A stretch of 32,000 nt of DNA from Candidatus Nanogingivalaceae bacterium (GTDB taxonomy: Bacteria; Patescibacteriota; Saccharimonadia; Saccharimonadales; Saccharimonadaceae): NCBI GenBank assembly GCA_015257795.3, contig CP072208.2, positions 510,001-542,000 on the forward strand, given 5' to 3'. The translations under genes were made by a program, and so were the position numbers. Below are positions 26,158 to 32,000 of the stretch, one piece after another; the stretch's first letter is position 1; every line of letters begins with the position of its first letter. The notes under the pieces are model-generated. The model was not told the DNA's origin. It searched no databases and saw nothing but the letters and a program-made list of their open reading frames with translations.

Positions 26158-26186
26158 ATTATAAACAAAAGCGTTATAAAAATCAA
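26158..26186 (-). promoter_or_regulatory. operon promoter TTGATT-17-TATAAT
   Basis: Reverse strand: TTGATT (26186-26181), TATAAT (26163-26158). Confidence 0.7.
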
Positions 26187-26197
26187 GTTTTTATAAC
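26173..26197. promoter_or_regulatory. perfect 10-bp inverted repeat GTTATAAAAA-N5-TTTTTATAAC between the divergent promoters (candidate operator)
   Basis: Left arm 26173-26182, right arm 26188-26197. Overlaps the -35 of the minus-strand promoter. Confidence 0.45.
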
Positions 26198-26214
26198 AAA
26201 ATTACAAAATTAGC

Positions 26215-26243
26215 TTGACATTTTTTATATTTTATGGTATTAT
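26215..26243 (+). promoter_or_regulatory. promoter TTGACA-17-TGgTATTAT for the 26302 gene
   Basis: TTGACA at 26215-26220, TATTAT at 26238-26243. Confidence 0.75.
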
Positions 26244-26301
26244 TTAAGCAGAGTTGATTTTGTACTTTAAAAAACACATTAGATAGATAGGGGTGACAAT
26301 T

Positions 26302-27156
26302 ATGTCTACTAACAATATTAAAAAATTTGCGAAATATGGTCTAGTTTTGGTTGCAGCTATTACAATTGCAACAGCTGCTCAAGCTCAACAAGGTACTATG
26401 CAAAAGGTATATGCTGACGAAACTACTACTCAGTTTACTGCAGATAATTCTCGTATGTTTTATCTGAAATACACCTTATCAGATCAGCCTGAAATAACTT
26501 GGATGCAAGGAGCTGTAGTTGGTCCTAATGGGTATACAGTACAGGCACCTGACGATGTTGATGGGTATCCATACTACACAATAACAGGACCTCAAGGTAA
26601 CCAGTACTCTGTCGGTGATAAAATCACTACGGAAGAACCTGGACTGTTTGGTCACACCAACCCAGAAGATGATGCTTTAAATTATCTTTACTACAAAACA
26701 GATCCTAATGCTTCAACAAGTGAGGCACCTGCGCCAAGTACTTCACCTTCAACAAGTGAGGCAGCAAACAAGGATCATGCAGTAGAAAAACCATCTCAAA
26801 AAGCAGATGATAAAACTACTGCAACTGATAAAGCTAAAAACGCTACCGATAAGAAAACCGATAGCAAAAAAGCTAAAGATCAGGTGAAAACTGAAAAATC
26901 TAAAGGTGCTACTGTAGCAGCTAAAGATGATTCTACAAGCAAAAAAGCTGAAGCGTCTGCTCCAGCAGAACAAGCAAAAGCCGTAAAAGCTAACACTAAC
27001 GCGAATTCGCAAGACAATATTGTTAAAGAAGCTGATGGTACAGTAGATACCGCAGCAGTTCATAATGACAATAATGGTGGAGCAATCCTAACAATGTTAG
27101 GATTAGTTAGTGCAGCTTTTATTGGGCTGTTCAAAAATAAAAAAGAAGAAAAATAA
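26302..27156 (+). CDS. secreted surface protein with K/A/T/D-rich low-complexity region and a C-terminal hydrophobic anchor, no LPXTG
   Basis: ATG 26302 lies 6 nt after AGGGGTG. Signal peptide ...ATAAQAQQ. C-terminus GGAILTMLGLVSAAFIGLFKNKKEEK. Confidence 0.75.
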   Translation: MSTNNIKKFAKYGLVLVAAITIATAAQAQQGTMQKVYADETTTQFTADNSRMFYLKYTLSDQPEITWMQGAVVGPNGYTVQAPDDVDGYPYYTITGPQGNQYSVGDKITTEEPGLFGHTNPEDDALNYLYYKTDPNASTSEAPAPSTSPSTSEAANKDHAVEKPSQKADDKTTATDKAKNATDKKTDSKKAKDQVKTEKSKGATVAAKDDSTSKKAEASAPAEQAKAVKANTNANSQDNIVKEADGTVDTAAVHNDNNGGAILTMLGLVSAAFIGLFKNKKEEK

Positions 27157-27198
27157 TGCTTTTCTTCTTTACGCTAAAATCAACTCTCCTTACCCAAC

Positions 27199-27224
27199 AA
27201 CCCGCTTGAAAAAGCGGGTTTTTT
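27199..27224 (+). terminator. rho-independent terminator
   Basis: AACCCGCTT-GAAA-AAGCGGGTT followed by TTTTTT. Confidence 0.8.
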
Positions 27225-29803
27225 CATAGCTTCAACCAATTTTTTCCTACAGAGACCTCAACTTTTAGTTTAACCGGCAATTCTGGAGCAACATCCTCCA
27301 TCACATTTTTTAGAATTTCAGCAACTTTATCTGCATTCTCTTCTGGCGTTTCTATTAAAATTGAATCATGAATCTGTAAAATTTGTTCACCCAAACCAGT
27401 TTGCGTAATTTTTTCATCAACAACAAGCATTGCCCGCTTCATCAAGTCAGCTTCAGTTCCCTGAATTGGCATATTTTGTGCAGCTCGTTTGGCCATTTCA
27501 CGAATCATGTAATTACTTGAATTTATATCTGGCGTAGGTCGCCTTCGACCAAAGAATGTTTCAACATAGCCTTCATTTTTAGCTTTCTCTAAAGTTTTAT
27601 CCATAAAATCCTGAATCGGCTTATGCGCATTAAAATATTCTTCAATATATTTTTTTGCCTCATAAAAACCAACACCAATTGTACCTGAAAGATTGTGTGC
27701 ACCAACACCATAAAGAACGCTAAAATTAATGATTTTCGCAACACGCCGCTGATCTTTCGAAACATCTTCTATTGGAACGCCAAAAACTTCGCTAGCCGTT
27801 TTTGCGTGAATATCCAAATCTTTTCCAAAAGTTTCAATAAGATTCTTATCTCCCGATAAAACAGCTGCAAGACGCAATTCGAACTGCGAATAATCCGCCG
27901 AAACTAGAAGATTGCCTTCTTTAGCCACAAAACCTTCACGAATCTTTCGACCAAGATCTGATCTGATTGGAATATTTTGTAAATTTGGATTACTTGAAGA
28001 AAGCCGACCTGTTGTTGTAATATCTTGCGCAAAAGTGCTATGAATTCGGTTATTTTTATCAGCAAGTTTTGGTAAAGCGTCGACATAGGTGTTTTTTAAT
28101 TTCGAAAATTCTCTAAAATGCTCAATTTTTTCAATGATCGGGCTAAATTCGCGCAATTTATCTAATTCTTTTTGGCCAGTTGAAAAACCGTTTTTTGATT
28201 TTTTAATACCTTTTGTTGGTAAAGCTAAATCTTCAAACAGAATTTTCGAAAGTTGAAGTGGACTCGCCACATTGAACTCCCTGCCTGCAATTTGAAAAAT
28301 TTCAGATTCTAATTTAGCAATTTCTCCGGCAAAATTTTCACTCATTTTTGCAAAAATATTTGGACAGATTTCAACACCAGCCTGCTCCATCTTGAATAAA
28401 ACTCTACTCATTGGGAAGTCTAATTTTTCAGCAATTTCGCGAATTTTTGGCACTTTTTCAAGCTTTTTTTGCTGTTCTTCAAAAATAATTCGCATCGCCG
28501 AAATTCTATTTTTTGGCTCATCTTCATTTATTTTTTCACCAAAAATACCACTCAAGGTCTTGTCGCGAATTAACGCATTTAGCAAAAACTCCATCTGTTC
28601 AATATCATAAATCTCTTGCCACTCACAAAAATCTATATTATTTTTTGCTAAACCGTGAAAAGTTTCTTTGGCGTTAAAAAATGCTGTCTTCGTATTTTCG
28701 AAAAATTCCTGAAATTTCAAAAAATCTTCAACTTTAAACTGAGAAATGTTCTCAAAATCTGAGGCAAAAATCTGTTTCGAATCCTGGTCAAGATCAAAGA
28801 AAACCATTTTTTGATTCTTTTTAAAGAAAGTTTCAGCTTTAATTTCTGGCAAAAAATCAAGATTTTTTGTTTCACGCTCAGGTTCACTAAAAATATTTAT
28901 CTGATTACTATTTTCAAAATTTACTGAACTTGCCCTCATCTCTTTAGGAATTTTTTTAACTAAAGAGTTAAATTCTAATTTTCGAAGCTCCTTCAATACT
29001 TCTTCATAGTTAAAGTTATGAATATCGGCAGCATCAAAATCAATTTCAACTGGCGCATCCAAAAAAATTTTAGCAATCTCTTTGCTCATAAATGCTGATT
29101 CTTTGCCATCCTCAAGCTTCTTTCGCCAAGATGGTTTAATCTTATCTAAGTTTTCATAAATCCCCTCAAGAGTAAAGAATTCCTGCAAAAGTTGCGTTGC
29201 TGTTTTTGGTCCAATCCCCGGAACACCCGGAATATTATCGCTCGAATCACCCTGAAGCGCCTTTAAATCTAAAAACTGAGATTGTTTTAAGCCGTATTTT
29301 TCCTCAAAATATTCAAGATCAAACTCTTCAATCTCTGAAAAACCTCGCTTCATTGCAAAAACTTTTGTATTTTGATCAATCAACTGCAGCATATCAAGAT
29401 CAGATGTAATCAAATTAGCCTCAACACCAAGTTTATTAGCTTGAAGCGCCAGCGTTCCTAAAATATCATCCGCCTCATAACCATCAGTCTCAAAAAGCGG
29501 CCAACCCAAAGTTTTCAAAAAATCCTTCAAAAGTGGAATTTGCTCATAAAAATCATCTGGCGCCTTTTTACGACCAGCTTTATATTCGGGGTAAATCGCG
29601 CTCCTCTTAGCGGTTGAAGTTCCTTTTTTATCCCAAGCTACCACCACATAATCTGGTTTTAGCTTCCGAATTACCTCAAAGGCCAAACTCGCAAAGCCAA
29701 AAACTCCGCCGGTTGGCGTTCCATCTTCAAGGCTTAAATTTTTCATTGCGTAATAACCCCTATAAAATACGCTTTTTCCATCAATAATCACTAGTTTTTT
29801 CAT
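27224..29803 (-). CDS. polA: DNA polymerase I
   Basis: 859 aa. 5'-nuclease domain, central exonuclease-like region, and polymerase motifs A (LLVSADYSQFELR), B (RRVAKIINFSVLYG) and C (QIHDS). Confidence 0.95.
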   Translation of the reverse strand: MKKLVIIDGKSVFYRGYYAMKNLSLEDGTPTGGVFGFASLAFEVIRKLKPDYVVVAWDKKGTSTAKRSAIYPEYKAGRKKAPDDFYEQIPLLKDFLKTLGWPLFETDGYEADDILGTLALQANKLGVEANLITSDLDMLQLIDQNTKVFAMKRGFSEIEEFDLEYFEEKYGLKQSQFLDLKALQGDSSDNIPGVPGIGPKTATQLLQEFFTLEGIYENLDKIKPSWRKKLEDGKESAFMSKEIAKIFLDAPVEIDFDAADIHNFNYEEVLKELRKLEFNSLVKKIPKEMRASSVNFENSNQINIFSEPERETKNLDFLPEIKAETFFKKNQKMVFFDLDQDSKQIFASDFENISQFKVEDFLKFQEFFENTKTAFFNAKETFHGLAKNNIDFCEWQEIYDIEQMEFLLNALIRDKTLSGIFGEKINEDEPKNRISAMRIIFEEQQKKLEKVPKIREIAEKLDFPMSRVLFKMEQAGVEICPNIFAKMSENFAGEIAKLESEIFQIAGREFNVASPLQLSKILFEDLALPTKGIKKSKNGFSTGQKELDKLREFSPIIEKIEHFREFSKLKNTYVDALPKLADKNNRIHSTFAQDITTTGRLSSSNPNLQNIPIRSDLGRKIREGFVAKEGNLLVSADYSQFELRLAAVLSGDKNLIETFGKDLDIHAKTASEVFGVPIEDVSKDQRRVAKIINFSVLYGVGAHNLSGTIGVGFYEAKKYIEEYFNAHKPIQDFMDKTLEKAKNEGYVETFFGRRRPTPDINSSNYMIREMAKRAAQNMPIQGTEADLMKRAMLVVDEKITQTGLGEQILQIHDSILIETPEENADKVAEILKNVMEDVAPELPVKLKVEVSVGKNWLKL

Positions 29804-29811
29804 TATCTTTA

Positions 29812-29840
29812 ATTATACCACGCTTGAGAATATTTTTCAC
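29812..29840 (-). promoter_or_regulatory. polA promoter GTGAAA-17-TGgTATAAT; the -10 ends 8 nt before the ATG
   Basis: Read on the reverse strand. No SD. Confidence 0.6.
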
Positions 29841-29842
29841 TT

Positions 29843-29871
29843 TTGATAAAGTACTGTTTTTATGCTATTAT
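29843..29871 (+). promoter_or_regulatory. promoter TTGATA-17-TGcTATTAT; the -10 ends 7 nt before the ATG at 29879
   Basis: The TTG taken as the start in the ORF track is the -35 box. Confidence 0.65.
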
Positions 29872-29878
29872 AATAATT

Positions 29879-30538
29879 ATGGTTAAAATCTCAATTGATG
29901 AAACTGGAAATCTCGGTGAAGGCGGTGGTGATTATTTTGTAATTGCTGCCAGTGTCATGAAAACTCCTGAAGCTCAAAAAAAGGCCGCAAGACTAATTCG
30001 AAAAACTCAAAAAAAGCGGTTTGGCGTTTTTCGAAAAGAAATTAAATTTAGCGAAATGAATTTTGAAGAACGAGTTGATATTTTAAATCAAATTGCTTTA
30101 ATCGATAATGTTTATATTTATTACATTGCTATCTATAAACCTAATGCAGCGATTCTACGCAAGCTGCCTCATAATCTAGCCTATAATTACTTTTCTGGAA
30201 TGTTAATTGATCGTATCGTTAGTGATTTCAATGAAGATATCAAGGTCGTATTTGACCAGCGCTCAACTGCTATAAAATCTCAAAATTCACTTCTTGAATA
30301 CATCACTATCCGCGCAGCAACTAACCCAAACTTTAATCGTACAATTTTTGTTACTCAAAAAGATTCGCGTAGTAGTAAACGCCTCCAGTTTGCAGACGTT
30401 ATTGCGGGTGCTATCGGAAGCTTCTATCGACACAGTGGCGACACTTCCCTAATCTCTATTATTGAGCCAAAAATTATAAAATGCCATTGCGAAGAATATC
30501 CTGAAGCCAATTTTATAAACCCCTTTCTCAAAAAATAA
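29879..30538 (+). CDS. DUF3800-like protein (219 aa)
   Basis: Starts MVKISIDETGNLG. C-terminal RLQFADVIAGAI. Both resemble the DUF3800 signature (N-terminal DE[ST]G, C-terminal Q.AD) from memory. Confidence 0.65.
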   Translation: MVKISIDETGNLGEGGGDYFVIAASVMKTPEAQKKAARLIRKTQKKRFGVFRKEIKFSEMNFEERVDILNQIALIDNVYIYYIAIYKPNAAILRKLPHNLAYNYFSGMLIDRIVSDFNEDIKVVFDQRSTAIKSQNSLLEYITIRAATNPNFNRTIFVTQKDSRSSKRLQFADVIAGAIGSFYRHSGDTSLISIIEPKIIKCHCEEYPEANFINPFLKK

Positions 30539-30561
30539 ATAGGGCCTTTAGCCCTATTTTT
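30537..30561. terminator. bidirectional terminator (DUF3800 gene / trxB)
   Basis: AAATAGGGC-CTTTA-GCCCTATTT hairpin. Confidence 0.8.
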
Positions 30562-31507
30562 AATTATTATGGATAAAATTAGCGATGTTTATTGCAGCCT
30601 GAACCCCTGTTGAAGCCGCCACTACAATTTGTTTTTGAGAATTTTCTAAAATATCACCAGATGCATAAACTCGCGGAATATTCGTTTCAAAACTTGAATT
30701 TACAATAATTTCACCCCTATCGTTCGTTTCAACTCCCGATTTTTTAGCAAAATCAGAATTTGGGTTCAAACCGATAAATTCGAAAATTGCCGCCGATTTG
30801 ATATTGAAAGTTTTTTCACCCTCTTCGGTCTTTTGCTGAACTTGTGCACCAATTATTTTTTCACCAAAATCGGTTTTCTCAAATAACAATTCTTTAATCT
30901 CAGTTTTTAAAAACAGATTAATTTTACCTCGTTCAACCGCTTCAAACAGCCTCTTTTGAAGTATCTCTTGTGCTGAAATTTGATTTCGAACTAAAAGATT
31001 CACTTTCGAAAACTTACTCAAGAACAAAGCTTCTGTAATTGCCGAGTTTCCGCCACCAACTGCAATCAAATCTTTTCCTGCGTAAAACGGACCATCGCAG
31101 GTAGCGCAAGTGTGGATTCCGCGCCCAAAAAACTCTTCTTCACGAGGGAGTCCAAGCATTTTATAGGAATTTCCGGTTGCAATTAAAACTGTTTTCGCCT
31201 CTAAAAAACCACCATCAATATTTAATTCTATAAAGTTTCCTTTGTCCGAAAATTCTAAAACTTCACCATAATCAAACTTTGCACCAAATTTTTCGGCCTG
31301 AACTTTCATTTTTTTCGAAAGCTCTAAACCAGAAATACCCTCATCAAAACCAGGATAATTCTCGATTAAATCTGAATTTGTTACGATTCCGCCAAATGCT
31401 GATTTTTCAAAAACTCGAACCTCCAGCCCATCGCGAGCGGCATAAATTGCCGCACTAAGGGCTGATGGACCAGAGCCAATAATTACTAAATCTACCACTC
31501 TATTCAA
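30560..31507 (-). CDS. trxB: thioredoxin-disulfide reductase
   Basis: Motifs IIGSGPSALSAAIYAAR, redox CATCDG and GGGNSA. The start is uncertain: TTG 31507 is chosen here, with GTG 31498 or TTG 31540 as alternatives. No ATG is available. Confidence 0.85.
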   Translation of the reverse strand: MNRVVDLVIIGSGPSALSAAIYAARDGLEVRVFEKSAFGGIVTNSDLIENYPGFDEGISGLELSKKMKVQAEKFGAKFDYGEVLEFSDKGNFIELNIDGGFLEAKTVLIATGNSYKMLGLPREEEFFGRGIHTCATCDGPFYAGKDLIAVGGGNSAITEALFLSKFSKVNLLVRNQISAQEILQKRLFEAVERGKINLFLKTEIKELLFEKTDFGEKIIGAQVQQKTEEGEKTFNIKSAAIFEFIGLNPNSDFAKKSGVETNDRGEIIVNSSFETNIPRVYASGDILENSQKQIVVAASTGVQAAINIANFIHNN

Positions 31508-32000
31508 TACCTTGCAAGTCTGGCTGCGGAACTTCCTCAAAATCCGGAATTAACATCACGATAAATTTCAAAGGTGTATTCGGAGCGATACTCTTTGAAG
31601 AATCTTCACTGTTAGGCGATCCTTGAGCACCATAAGCTTTATCTGCAGGAATTGTTAATTCGCGAACTCCGCCAACTTTCATTCCTTTCAAACCTTCACT
31701 CCAACCTTTAATGACATTCCATTCATTATTATCCTTCTTAAAGACAACTGGGGACTTTAAACTACCATTCGAAAAGCTACTATCGAACACTGTTCCATCA
31801 GGCTTCCAGCCAATATAGTAAGCCTGGAATTTCGTTGTTGAGTCGGTAATTTCTGCACCATCACCTTCTTTTAAATCTACCTTTGAAAGTTCTTTTACAC
31901 TTGCAGCATTAAATGCACTTGGAGTTTTTTCATACTCTTTAAAAGTATCGTAATATTTTGCTGAAAGTTCTTTAGCTTGAGCTTCAACTTTCTTTTGATA
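31500..32000 (-). CDS. FKBP-type peptidyl-prolyl cis-trans isomerase (5' end beyond the window)
   Basis: The frame is open to position 32000. Sequence ...YYIGWKPDGTVFDSS...VIKGWSEGLKGMKVGGVRELTIPADKAYG is a typical FKBP domain. The M at 31790 in the ORF track is an internal GTG. Confidence 0.85.
   Translation of the reverse strand, partial: YQKKVEAQAKELSAKYYDTFKEYEKTPSAFNAASVKELSKVDLKEGDGAEITDSTTKFQAYYIGWKPDGTVFDSSFSNGSLKSPVVFKKDNNEWNVIKGWSEGLKGMKVGGVRELTIPADKAYGAQGSPNSEDSSKSIAPNTPLKFIVMLIPDFEEVPQPDLQGIE

Noticed and set aside
29843-29878. Longer start for the DUF3800-like ORF (TTG at 29843)
   Set aside because: This TTG is the -35 element (TTGATA) of the gene's own promoter. ATG 29879 gives the characteristic MVKISIDETG N-terminus.
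1-32000. Alternative genetic code (UGA recoding, as in some CPR lineages)
   Set aside because: All conserved genes (typA, glyA, polA, rny, murA, murB) are full length and uninterrupted under the standard code. polA and the Clp-operon membrane gene terminate at TGA in sensible positions.

Overview
AT-rich (roughly mid-30s % GC by eye), very gene-dense bacterial chromosome segment with about 27 protein genes and 6 tRNAs. I saw no rRNA, CRISPR array or recognisable mobile element. The housekeeping backbone is pgk (partial), typA/bipA, folD, murB, a GT39-type glycosyltransferase, glyA, murA (carrying an extra N-terminal XRE helix-turn-helix domain), rny, polA, trxB and an FKBP PPIase (partial). 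The tRNAs are Val(TAC), Arg(TCG), His(GTG), Gly(TCC), Arg(TCT) and Lys(CTT), all with encoded CCA. Between these lie lineage-specific envelope genes. (1) At 2973-7811 there are three consecutive, individually promoted surface or membrane proteins, ending in an LPETG-anchored DUF11-type adhesin. (2) At 21949-26107 there is a minus-strand operon encoding a small anchored protein, an 831-aa Cys-paired secreted protein and a PilX/GspK-like pseudopilin. It is divergent from a gene for a C-terminally anchored low-complexity surface protein. (3) A membrane-anchored ClpA/B-like double-AAA+ protein is translationally coupled to a small polytopic membrane protein. Promoters are unusually easy to read (TTGACA-17-TGnTATAAT). 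At least eight genes have the -10 box only 6-9 nt from the start codon with no Shine-Dalgarno, implying leaderless mRNAs. The palindrome TTCGAA is strongly over-represented in all reading frames and in intergenic DNA. The window combines LPXTG sorting, peptidoglycan genes, a PilX-like protein, tiny intergenic regions and the standard genetic code. That combination suggests a small-genome Patescibacteria/CPR (Saccharibacteria-like) organism, but this is inference only. The best candidates for an undescribed system are the PilX-like envelope operon (21949-26197) and the membrane-tethered Clp-like pair (17427-20310). The HTH-MurA fusion comes next.
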